Shown here: positions 37,893 through 48,320 of the stretch, one piece after another
Layout: the number at the start of each line of letters is the position of its first letter
Numbering within the stretch: position 1 is the stretch's first letter
NCBI RefSeq assembly: GCF_016433145.1
Contig: NC_058134.1
Location: 309,045,891-309,109,890 of the forward strand
Length of the DNA stretch: 64,000 nucleotides
Source: Gracilinanus agilis
Taxonomy: Eukaryota
Direction of reading: 5' to 3'
Notes under the pieces: model-generated
What the model saw: the letters and a program-made list of their open reading frames with translations, nothing else
Told to the model about the DNA's origin: nothing
The model's database searches: none
Position numbers and translations under genes: made by a program

Positions 37893-39133
37893 CTGGAAAA
37901 GAAAGGACGGTCAGTGGAGTCTGGCCACTCCCAAACCAGAACTGCCCGAAGTGGGGACACGGCCTCTTCACTTAGGGGACAAGGGACTTGCCCAAGGTCA
38001 CACAGGTCCCCGCGTCCTGCACTCTTTGGCTGGATCCCCCAAATCACCCCCCAGGGAGGGATGCAGATGACCCCAGTGGTGGGAGGAGTCAGAGCTCTGG
38101 AGACCCCCCCCCAAAAGTATCTGGGGGGGAATTCATAGCCCTGGGGCGTCCCCCCTCCCCTGGCCCATCTGGCTCTGCCCAGGTCCTCATGCTCCCATGC
38201 AGCCCAGCCTCAGCACTTTGAGTTTGCTTTCTTTCTTCCTGTCCCTTCCATCTTAGAATTTCTCAGTCTTGTGGATCAGTTCCGTGGCAGAAGAGTTGTC
38301 AGGGCTGGGCAGTGGGGGGTGCCCGAGGCCAGACTGGAACCCAGAACCTCTCCTCTCCAGGCCTGATTCTCCATCCACTGAGCCACCGAGCTGCCCCCTT
38401 GCTTCAAGGTTCCCAGATCCAGATGCTGCCTCTGGCAGGAAGTCTGCCCTGATTCTTCAGGTCCCTCCCCACCCCCTCCCAAGGGGCCCCATGAAGCACT
38501 TTGGTGTGTAGAATGGGAGCTCCGAGAGGGAACAGCATGAAAGATGGCCCCAGCCATGGGACCTCAGTCTGGTCCCCTCCTCATCTCCCCCTCGGTAAAG
38601 CTTGTGGCTTTGGACTTGGGCTTTCCATGATGCTGTCCTGGTCACGGGGCCAGGCATACAGGAAGTGGTGATTTGCCTCTCGTCCGGGACAGGGCTGTGC
38701 TGGCCCCTACCTTGGGCAGCTAGGCATGGTCTTCTCTTGCACCCCGGCCCTGCCTCACCGCTGTCCAGGAACTTGCTAGACCCAGGCCCCCTCCCCCTTG
38801 GGCTTAGCAGAGGCCTTAACCCGGGCCTCCTCTTCACGGCCTTAGACCAGACCTTTGAGCTCATCTCACCCAACCTCTTCTTTAACAGATGAGGAAGCTG
38901 GTTTTCTTAAGGTTACACAGTAAGTGGCAGATTTAAACCCAGACCCTGAGTTAGTCTTTTCCATGTACCTCCTCACCCTGCGCAACATCAGGCTGGGGGA
39001 GCCCATTCAAGGAAGTTCTGCCATCTTCCTCATCACACCCACTCCCACTTTGTGAGCCTCTAGGCCCACAGGCGGGTAGAGTGTACACACACACCCCCAT
39101 GCCCACGCCTGGAAGGTGGCACCCATACTCTAC

Positions 39134-39165
39134 CTTTCTCTCGGGCAACACAAAATCAGCACCAT
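39134..39165 (-). CDS. Unassigned gene, coding exon 1 (MVLILCCPRE(R)); exon begins at 39172
   Basis: ctgacatctctcctttcctccctag|ACTGAAG-ATG-G (A at -3, G at +4); AAG|gtagag donor; phase 2. Confidence 0.72.
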
Positions 39166-39309
39166 CTTCAGTCTAGGGAGGAAAGGAGAGATGTCAGGGC
39201 CTCTCAGGAGATCCGGGGTCTGGGCGCAGGACCTCCAGATTCAGAGCAATGAGAGCCCAGGCTAGTCCAGCATCTAAGCACCCCTTTACACTTAAAAATC
39301 ACCATGGAA

Positions 39310-39478
39310 GGGACAGCTGGGGGCCTAGAGTCAAATCTGGCCTCAGTCACTTCCTAGCTGGGTGACCCTGGGCAAGTCACTTAATCCCCATAGCCTAGCC
39401 CTCACCCTCACCTTTGTTCTGCCTTGGAGCCAGTAATCCACAGGATTGATTCTAAGGCATATGGTAAGGATTTAAAAA
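39310..39478 (+). mobile_element. SINE1_Mdo-like SINE
   Basis: Core plus GATTGATTCTAAGGC...GGTAAGGATTTAAAAA tail. Confidence 0.8.
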
Positions 39479-40911
39479 GGAAAAAGAGTGGAAACTTGCC
39501 GTTCTGGGGAATGACATCACGGGGCATACCCTCATTGGGAAGATGAGTAAACCGGGGCCTGGGAAGGGACTTGTCTGGGTAGAAGGGCTCCAGACGCCAC
39601 TGGCCACCCTGTCTCCGTTTCAGGACGTCTGAGCAGAGTCACCTGTCCTCAAGGTTCTCTCTGAGCACCCCCCACCCCGAGGGCTGGCTAACGCCAGGAT
39701 GCAAAGGGCTGGGGGCCCTGTTGGGACAGAAATCTCTCCTTCCTCCCCATTAGGGCTTGGCCTTTGGGGGCTTCTCACCCTGGGCTGGGATCTCAGTAAC
39801 CTCAGCAGCTGCAGACTATCCCTCAATCATGTCAGCTCCGGCACTGACGGGCCGCCTGGCTCCTTGTCTCTTCTCTGGCTCTGGTCCTAGGCTTGAGCAC
39901 TGGCGCGGGACAGGACCATATCCAAACGCAAGCCCCCCAGATGAGAGATCCTCGCGGCCAGCTGTCCACTGGCCCGGCCTTTGGGGTCTGCTCGGTGCTG
40001 CTGCCTTCCCAGGAAGGGGCCTCGGGCCTGAGTGTGACATCACATTAAGGGAGCCTTTATGACGGGGCAGGATCATCACCGGCCTAGGACAGGGGGCACC
40101 CCAATGGGGAAGTGGCCAAAGTGCCAGGGGCACCCGTCTGGATCACAGGGAGTCAGGGGGCTCTGTGATAAACATGGGCCATACACAGGCGGCAGCGTCC
40201 CAGCCCACGAGGGGCCCCCAGGCTAGGGGGAGACGTGTGCAGGCAGCTCTGTGCAAACTAGGCACAGCAAGAGGAATTGGAGTGCTATGGGCCGAGGAAA
40301 CGGGCTGGGCCTGAGAGAAGGGCACCCAGCCCCTCAGCCCCTACCCTGGTTGGTCCCAGGGGAACAACGTTCCAATTCCCCGTGTTTCAATCACACCCAG
40401 AATAAATTGGACCCCGAGATTGAGAGCCAGAAGCTGGGGTCTTGGAGGTTAGTGGGTCCAGCTCCCTCATTTTACAGACACAAGCTGAGGCCCTGGGAAG
40501 ATCCTAGTCAGAGCTGGAAGGGACCATCTGAGAGACCATCCATTTTTCAGATGAAGAAACTGAGGTTCAAAGAAATTAAGTGACTTGGTCAAGGTCACAC
40601 AACTAGTAGAGATCTGCTCCTGAGCCAGAGTCCTTTTCACTGAACCAAGCTGGGTCCTTAATGTGTCCAAAGATATACCAGCAGAGAAGTAGCCAAGTCA
40701 GAATTTGAACCCAGGTTCTGAGGCTCCAAATCCACATTCTCCAAAGCAGTCTCCAAGTGAGTATAGGCCAGAGGCCAAAGCCAGTAGGTCTGGGAGTCCC
40801 AAGAAGACAAGCTCCAAGAGCCTGAGACAGAAACCAGAGGCTAAGAAAGGATGCAGAGCAAGCAGGAAAGCTGGGGAAGTTACCAGGTGAATTTATTCTA
40901 TCATTTAGTTG

Positions 40912-41049
40912 GTTAAACCCTTACCTTCTGCCACTGGGGATAAGTGACTCGCTTAAGGTCACCCAGCTAGGAAGTGTCTGAGGTCACATCTGAACCCAGG
41001 GCCTCCTGACTCTAGGCCTGGCGCTCTATCCAGAGCCACCCAGCTGCCT
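40912..41049 (-). mobile_element. SINE1_Mdo-like SINE (internally deleted)
   Basis: TTAAACCCTTACCTTCTG tail to CCACCCAGCTGCCTC head, reversed. Confidence 0.8.
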
Positions 41050-42440
41050 CTCGAGAAGCCAACAGCCCATCAGAGAGACCTTCAGTCTCATGTTGGGACT
41101 GGATTTCGGGCCAATGACCGATTGCTCGCCAAGCTTTCCTGGCTGGGAGGGGGAGTCTGACCTGTGGGCATAACCATCGGTCTGGCTGTTGAGCTTGGCA
41201 GCCAGCTAGATGGGGAAAGGTCAAGTCAGATCTCTTCTGTGGATAAAGATACCCGAAGCCTCCGGAGCTTAGTGAAGTGACTTGCCTGAGGTCAGACAGC
41301 CCAGAAGAGCCAAGGCTAACGTGCCAGCGTTCTGCCCTGCCCCCCGCCCCTCCAAGGTTGGGTCCCTTCTTTCCTGAAAGAGACTCGATTGGCCCAAGAG
41401 GATGAAGGCTCCTGAAAACTGGAGAGGAGGGCCCTGGAAGAGGCGTCCAGGAGAGACCCAGAAGGGTTCCGGCCAAGGCGGGCCTGTGTAAGGAGGGGCG
41501 GCCACATCGGGCCATGAGAGCCCCCAGGAATGGGTGCCTCGGAGCTTGTGATCCTGAGAAGGCAGGAAGAGAGAGGTTTGAGGTCAGGGAACAGGAGTGT
41601 CTTCCATGCCTGCCGAGCTGAGCTTCACACTCCTCTGGGACCTCCAGAAGGCACATGAAGGCTGGCCAGGAGGCTCCCATGCAGTGGGGGAACCCGGAGA
41701 AGAGAGCCAGAGAGGGCGAGGGAGGGAGGGTGGCAGGATAGAACCACACACGCACTGGCCACACACAGACAAACACGCTCCAGGCACACAGCAGCATTTA
41801 CTAAGCCTGTGCCACCGGGTGACCGCCACTGCCCTGAGCCCCGAAACAAGACGGCCCCCACAAGGAGACTGTCTCCCTGGAGAGAAGGATGGACCCCTGG
41901 AAACAGGGAAGTTAAGGGGGGGCTCATAAAACGGGGTCCCAGGCAGGGCAGACCCCAGGGAGGCGCACAAGCCCCACAGGCTTCGCTCACTTCCACCTAC
42001 AACATGGTGTCCCTGGGCACAACGGGGGAGGAGGGGTCCTCTAGCTCCGGCTCTTGGGGTTTAGCGTTGCCAGGGAGCCCCGGGGACTCGAGCTCGGAAC
42101 GGGGCACCTGGGGGGGCCTGGTCGGAGAGGCAAAGCCTGACGGGGAGGGGAGGAGGCCCCTGCCTGGGTCTGGGGTCCCCAGGCGTCCCTGGCTGAGTGC
42201 TGCTCGGTGTCTGGGAGACACCCCAGGGCCTTGGTTTTCCCATTTGTAAAAGGAGGGCTGGGCCCGTCCTCGGGCCCCTCCCTAGGCCTCAGTTTCCCCA
42301 TCTGTAGGCGCATCTACACTCCCGTGGGCGGCGCCCAATTCCCCACCCCGAGCCCAGGAGCCAGAAGAGAGTGACGCCCCGGCTGGGCGGCCCGAGCACA
42401 CCCTCACGCCCCAACGCCTTTTGGGTAGTGCCTGAGCCCT

Positions 42441-42669
42441 TGCGCGTGCGCACGCGTCTCTAGGCTCCCTTTCCCCACCCCCCAGGACCTCGAACCAATC
42501 AGAGAGCTCCGATGCCACCCGGCATCCCATCGCCCTGGGAAGCTCACCGGCTTCGGCCAACGGCCAATCAGAGAGCCCCGAGCCGTCTCTCTTTCCGGCC
42601 TCGCATCCGCAGCGGCCAATGACCGAGCTGGGCGGGGCGTTTCGGCGGCGGCTGCGCCAAGATGGCGGC
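42441..42669 (+). promoter_or_regulatory. NDUFA6 promoter: NRF1-like site, three CCAAT boxes, GC box, YY1 motif over the start codon
   Basis: TGCGCGTGCGCA 42441-42452; CCAAT at 42495, 42564, 42616; GGGCGGGGC 42630-42638; AAGATGGCGGC 42659-42669. Motif matches only. Confidence 0.75.
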
Positions 42670-42800
42670 TAGCGGAGTGGGCCGCGCAGCTGCTGCCGTG
42701 GGCACGTCCGTAAAGCCGGTGTTCAGTCGGGACCTGACCGAGGCCAAGCGGCGGGTGCGGGAGCTGTACCGGGCCTGGTATCGCGAGGTGCCCACCACGG
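42662..42800 (+). CDS. NDUFA6: NDUFA6 (complex I B14, LYR family) exon 1
   Basis: MAASGVG...[15 protein letters not shown] with LYR motif; 139 nt; G|gtgagg. Confidence 0.97.
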
Positions 42801-43156
42801 GTGAGGAGCCGCGGCAAGCGGCGCTCTCGGTCAAGGTCGTGACTCCCCCTGCCCCCGCGGCGGCGGCTCTTAAAGGGCCAGGCCCAGAGGAGCCGTGCCC
42901 AAGGGGAAGGGACTGAGGCGGGCTCGCGCGGGCCAAGGTTAGGGTGGTGTCAGCGGCCCACGAAGCCCCGGTGCCCTGCAGGAGAGTCCTGGTTGGGCCG
43001 CCCCTTCGTACGGCTTGGTCTTTTTTGCGCCAAGCTCTGCAGTGCCTGGCTCAGGGCCGCGCGCAGAGGCGGGTCTGAGCGGTCCAAGCTAGTGCCCGCC
43101 CCACCGTGGCCCTTGGTGGCCGGCTCCCAGCACTGACCCATGACTCTTCTCCCCAG

Positions 43157-43272
43157 TGCACCTTTTCCAGCTGGACATCTCGGTGAAGCAGGGCCGCGAC
43201 AAGGTCCGAGAAATGTTCCTGAAGAACGCCCACGTCACGGACCCGCGGGTGGTCGACCTTCTGGTCATTAAG
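43157..43272 (+). CDS. NDUFA6: NDUFA6 exon 2
   Basis: [39 protein letters not shown]; 116 nt. Confidence 0.97.
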
Positions 43273-44047
43273 GTAACCCGAGACCTTGGCCCTGCAAGGG
43301 CGGCAGGCCATACTCACCCCCACTCTTGGTAGGGCAGGCGGGCTGGGACCGGCTGTCTCTGTGTCTCCAGCTCTCCCGGCCCTTTGCAGATGTAATCTAA
43401 AGACTCACCGCCACCCTGGGAAGTAGCTGCTACTCCTGCGCCCATCTGACAGATGAGGAAGCTGAGGCACAGTTATGTGACTTGCTCAGGGCCCGCAGAG
43501 TAGGTGTCTGAGGCCAGGGCTTCCTGGTTCGGGCCTGATGCTTTGGCACAATGTGGTGCCTCAGAATATCCCAAATAACCCTGAAGAGAATAACTACAAA
43601 CTAGTTGGAAACAAAGTGGTTTCTGGGGGATCTGCACAGGCTTCCTGTGTGACTGGGACATGTCACTGTCCCTGCCACACACACACAGGGAATGGCCAGT
43701 GCCAACCCATGGAGGCACACAGGCTTGGGTACATCCCTGAGGAGACCTGTTAGGGGCCGGAGTAACCTCCAAAAAGGCAGCCCCTGAGGAAGCGGGGGGA
43801 GTTGGTCACCTCCACTCTTGGGCGGAAGACGACCCGGAGCCCACGGAAGAGGGCAGTTAGGAGGAAAGAGAGTGAGGCATGCTATGTTGTTGGACCCACG
43901 TTGAGTTGATGTCTCCAGGGCTGAAAGGCTGGAGGGGCAGCTGGTAACCGAACCTCACCTTCTAGGCTGCTGCCTTTCTCCCCAGGGGTCCTGCCTCTAG
44001 CCATATGTGAGGGGCCTGGAGACTGAAAGTCTTTGCTCCTTGTGCAG

Positions 44048-44179
44048 GGAAAGATGGAACTGGAGGAAACGATTAAGGTGTGGAAACAGCGGACGCATGT
44101 CATGCGATTCTTCCATGAAACGGAAGCCCCGAGACCCAAAGATTTCCTCTCCAAATTCTATGCTGGTCACGACCCATGA
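44048..44179 (+). CDS. NDUFA6: NDUFA6 exon 3 (protein 128 aa)
   Basis: [43 protein letters not shown]. Confidence 0.97.
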   Translation, partial: GKMELEETIKVWKQRTHVMRFFHETEAPRPKDFLSKFYAGHDP

Positions 44180-44221
44180 CTCGGTGGTGTGGAGAAGGGT
44201 GAATTGCTATTTAATATATCA

Positions 44222-44227
44222 AATAAA
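44222..44227 (+). terminator. NDUFA6 polyadenylation signal
   Basis: AATAAA 42 nt after the stop. Confidence 0.85.
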
Positions 44228-46743
44228 TTCTCAGATGTGATCTCTCTGGCTCACCTACTTTGTCCCCTCCCCCTGCATCTAGGGCTCTCTTAAAGGCTTG
44301 GGGCCAGGTGATAGGTACCTGGCCTGAGTGGGTCACTGACAGTTAAGGCTAGCCAACACCTCCCACCCGAGAAGGCCCATCTATCTGGCCCTGGAGGCAG
44401 CTCATTTGATAAGCCAGGGGTTGGAGCAAAGGAAACTTGAGAACATTTTCCCCATAAACCCCTGGAGTATAGCCAAGAGCTTGTAAAATCAGGGTGGGAA
44501 GGAAGCTGGGAGCACCCTGGGCCTACTCATGCCTCAAGGACTCCCTGGAGAACTTTGGGCGTCCATTTGTGGGGCAGCCCATCCCCCGACACCTTTAGCA
44601 AGGAAGCCTTCCCTGAGTGTGGGCTCTACAGTGTCTAGCTGCCACTCCGGACACCAAATACTGGCTTGAAAAAACTGAGCCCTCTTTGGAAAAACAATTT
44701 TCTCTGCTCCTTCCCCCAGGAGGGTTGGCCAACACAAAGCTTTATGTTCCTTGGGCGAGGATGAAAAAGAGATCCCGACCGTGTTCCCATTCATCCTAGC
44801 TGTGGCTCATACAATCTCTCTGGTCACATCAATGCCAACTTCACTGCGGCAGAGGCTCCCTTCTGACTGACTTGAGCCATTTGCCCAGGTTGCCGTGGCC
44901 AAAAACATTCAGTCCCTAGTGACACCCACTTGCCCGTGAGCCCAAGGTAGGCCAGCTCCATACCCCAGCAAGGTGCTAGCAGCCCCTAAGGGCCCGTGGG
45001 ACACCTGAGCTTTAAATGCCCACAGGAAGTTGGTGTTCATGAAAATGAAAGGGCAAGAGGCAAAGAGGGGGGAAAGCAATTGTCAGAAGCAGTTCTTTGG
45101 GACTCCAGGCCAGCAGAAGTGATGACAGAAATAGACACTGATAGATTAATGGAACAAAAAACAGAGAATTCAAAGGAGCCAGCCTTGAGAAGAGATGGAT
45201 GAGCCCCAGGAGGCTGCCTGCAAAGACAAAACTCCCCAACTCTCCTTCTAGGTCCAAAACAAACCTGGTCCTGGTCCAGGCCAAGGGAAAGCCAGAACAA
45301 AAACCTCAAGAGTAGGAGAACATTCCTTGTGGGTGGATGGGGGGAGGGCAGTTGTGTCCTGAGCCCTTCAATCTCATTTTGCAGATGAGGATGCTGAGGT
45401 CTGGAGAAGGGAACATGGGGCCTGGTGGCCAGGCAAAGTGCCAGCTCCACATCCTGGACGGCTGCCTGCTGCTTTCCAGGTGAAGGCTGAAAGAAAGGTC
45501 TCCAGCCTTTATCTTCCTGCTGAAACCCCTTTTGCCTTTTAGGTTTTCTCTTTGAAGTTCACATGGGCTTCCCTGCAGGGACAGTCGCGACCCCTCCAGT
45601 GTCTCAGGATTACACCCTGGGCCTAGGGGCCTGCACAGCTTGGCTCTCCCAAGCCTCACCCCAAGAGACCACACACATACACAGGCATGGTCAGTCCTGC
45701 CACTGCCTCAGTCACACAGTGACATTTATTCATAGTTCAAGTGCTCTGGGGCTGCAGCCTGGGCCTTCACAGGGGGCAAGGGAGCTTGACCACACCCACT
45801 GGGCCATACAGGGAATGCCAGCCTTTGTCCTCAGCCCCTCCGCTGCTAAAGTGCACTGTGGCTCCCTCTGGAGGCTGGAGCATCAGAAGGCCGACGTCCC
45901 CTCTGGGTGGCCAGTGTGCCCTGCGGTGTAAAGCATGACTGCATTCAGAGCAGGACATCCGTGCCTACGAACAGGCCAGCTCTTCCTGTCCTACAGGCTA
46001 AGTCAGCGACTCCAACACAAACTCGATGGCCCCTGAAGGTGGGAAGGGGGTGCCACAGGCCCAGGAAGTTACTGTGCTCAGAGGGCCCCTCCACAGCCAT
46101 ACCCAACCATCTCTCCCAAAGCCCACCTGCCTCTCCTTGTGACTCCCACCCCAGGGTCCAGCTGGATTACCCCCAGTCATCTCTTGGGCCTCTTTCCTTC
46201 TGTGGGAGAATTCATTTTCTTTTCTTTGGAATAACTTAAAAACCACTAAATTGGGGACTCGTCAGACTTGAGTCCTGGCTCTCGTGACAACAGGGGAAGT
46301 CATTTGGTTTCTTGGAGCCTTAGTTCACTCATCTGTAATATGGGACCAAGAACACTTGCCCTACCCACCTCAAAGGGTTGTGGTGAAGCAGGCACTTTGT
46401 AATCTATGATAATAAATCATCAGCTCCCGTTCCTATCATTGGAAGATCAGACTAGCTGGCCAGGACACAGTGGGATGGGCAGGAAAAGTCCTGAGTTTGC
46501 CATCTTGGTAAGCCTGTACTTTGATTTACATTGTGGCAAGTCACTGCAGCTTGGAGCCTCAGTTTCCTGGCCTGGAAAAGGTAGGTGAGTGGCCCAGACA
46601 GGGTTTTGTAAACCCAAGGGCATGGCAGAAGTGGGCATTACTGTACCTCTCGGGAGGCCCTCCTTTTCTTTTCATTTAGACTTTTCCCATGGTTCCCTGA
46701 CTCGTGTTCTTTCCCTCCCCCCTGCTCTGAGGGCTGCATTCCC

Positions 46744-47184
46744 TTTATTTCAGAGCAGGGCCTAGGGGAGCCTCCTAACTGGTGAATTCTCCAGGGTGCC
46801 TCTAGTCATCCCAGCTCCTCTCGAGGCCAATCTCCAGCTCAGCTTTGCCCACCAAGGCCAAGTCAGTCAAGAGGCCAAATCCACGGGGTCCCGGAGCCAG
46901 CCAGGACCCCAGAGGAATCCCCCTGCCACAGCAGCCTCTGCTGGGAAGGGCCTCCTCCCTCCAACCTTTGGTTTGCCCTTCGGAGGAGCCAAGAAAAAGG
47001 CCCCCCTTGAGCGGCTGGAAGCACTGCGGCCCAGCCTTTCCCAGAAGGTGGCCCTGGCCGCTCCCCACTGGGGTGGCTGGTCAGTAGCCGGCGCCCCTCT
47101 GCACTGTGTCTGCTGCTGCAGTGAGGCTGCTTTGTGGGGCAAGGATCGGGCACCCCCTCGGTGCTGCCTCGGGGCGCCAGGTCC
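46744..47184 (-). other. SMDT1: Probable SMDT1 non-coding 3' exon
   Basis: Acceptor ggttctttcag at 47185/47184; AATAAA (minus) at 46744-46749. An alternative signal lies at 45725-45730. Confidence 0.6.
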
Positions 47185-47238
47185 CTGAAAGAACCGATGC
47201 CAAAGGGAATGGCTCTGCTCCATGTCTTCCCCCAGCCT

Positions 47239-47268
47239 GTGCGTGCGTGCGTGCGTGCGTGCGTGCGT
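47239..47268. repeat. (GTGC)n microsatellite in SMDT1 intron 2
   Basis: Read directly. Confidence 0.9.
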
Positions 47269-47364
47269 GGGGGGGACGCTTCTCCCATCCCCAGGCTGGG
47301 GAGGGTGGCAGTCTGGGCGCGCAATCCCAGGGGCCCACCCAGGGAGGAGGGAAGGGCTTACCCT

Positions 47365-47502
47365 CTAGTCGTCGTCGTCGTCATCCTCGGGCACAAAGAT
47401 GTCGTGCTCCTCCAGCAGGGCGGCAAAGTTCTTGCTGATGAGCGTCCCCACGTACAGGAAGGGGATCACAATGGAAAAGACCCGCAGGAGGCCGAAGGAC
47501 AT
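47365..47502 (-). CDS. SMDT1: SMDT1/EMRE exon 2 (MSFGLLRVFSIVIPFLYVGTLISKNFAALLEEHDIFVPEDDDDDD*)
   Basis: Characteristic TM helix and poly-Asp tail; donor gtaagc 3 nt after the stop. Confidence 0.97.
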   Translation of the reverse strand: MSFGLLRVFSIVIPFLYVGTLISKNFAALLEEHDIFVPEDDDDDD

Positions 47503-47626
47503 CTGGGGGGGGTTAGAGAGGGCGCACCGCGGGGCAGCCAAGAGGCCAGTCAGCACCCAGAGCCAGGACGGAGCTCGGCCCGGCAGTGACCCCTCCCCCC
47601 ACGACCCCGCCCCGCCCCTCACTCAC

Positions 47627-47797
47627 TTTGGCCGGCTTGGGCAAGATGGCTCCGCTGCGGGTCGCAATGAGCGGCCGGGAGGGGACCCGGCCCTGTCCCA
47701 GGCCGCTCCCGACCTTCCGCGCGGCCGGCCCAGGCCCGAGCGCTCCGCTCCGCGCGGCCGCCGCCGCCACCACCCAGCGAGCCGCTCCCAGAGACAT
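47627..47797 (-). CDS. SMDT1: SMDT1/EMRE exon 1 (MSLGAARW...TRSGAILPKPAK); protein 102 aa
   Basis: Ala/Arg-rich presequence plus conserved TRSGAILPKP; AAA|gtgagt donor. Confidence 0.95.
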
Positions 47798-48314
47798 CTC
47801 GCGTCCTCGACCTCGACCTCGCGGATGGACTGCCGGCCGGGGTACCCAGTGCCGGCAGGAGATGATGGCCGGCCTGGCTCTCGCGATAGCCTCGAGCGAG
47901 AGTCCCGGGCCTCGCCCCTGCGCGCCGCCGACCACGGCTCCAGCCTGCGCGGTGACGTGATCGAGAGCCTGAGCCTGGCTCCGCCCCGGCCGGGACTGAT
48001 CCCTATCCTTGCCCCGGCCAAGTCCCCAGCCGGGACCCGGGACCCGGGACCGCTACCCCCATTTTACCGAGATAGACTGAGGCTCCGGGGGCCTCGTTTG
48101 ACAGAGGAGGAAACTGAGGCATGGGAGGTGGAAGAGCTGGAAGGCCTGAGGGCCCCCGCCGAGTCACCTCAACTGGAAAGTGGGTTAAATAAAAGTGGCA
48201 CCAGCCACCAGAGGAGGGGGCCAGAGAAGGGCAATGCCAGTTGTGCCCCGATGTCGCCACCTCTAACATGGCACCCCCAGATGGAAGAAGGCAGCCAGCT
48301 TCATGGGCAAAGCC

Positions 48315-48320
48315 TTTATT
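48315..48320 (-). terminator. Probable PHETA2 polyadenylation signal
   Basis: AATAAA (minus) about 1.8 kb after the stop and just upstream of the SMDT1 promoter. Confidence 0.55.

Noticed and set aside
42619-42672. Out-of-frame uORF overlapping the NDUFA6 start
   Set aside because: Its ATG is part of a CCAAT box and probably lies upstream of the transcription start.
47798-47935. Upstream extension of SMDT1
   Set aside because: Begins at GTG in promoter/5' UTR sequence; homology starts at the ATG at 47797.
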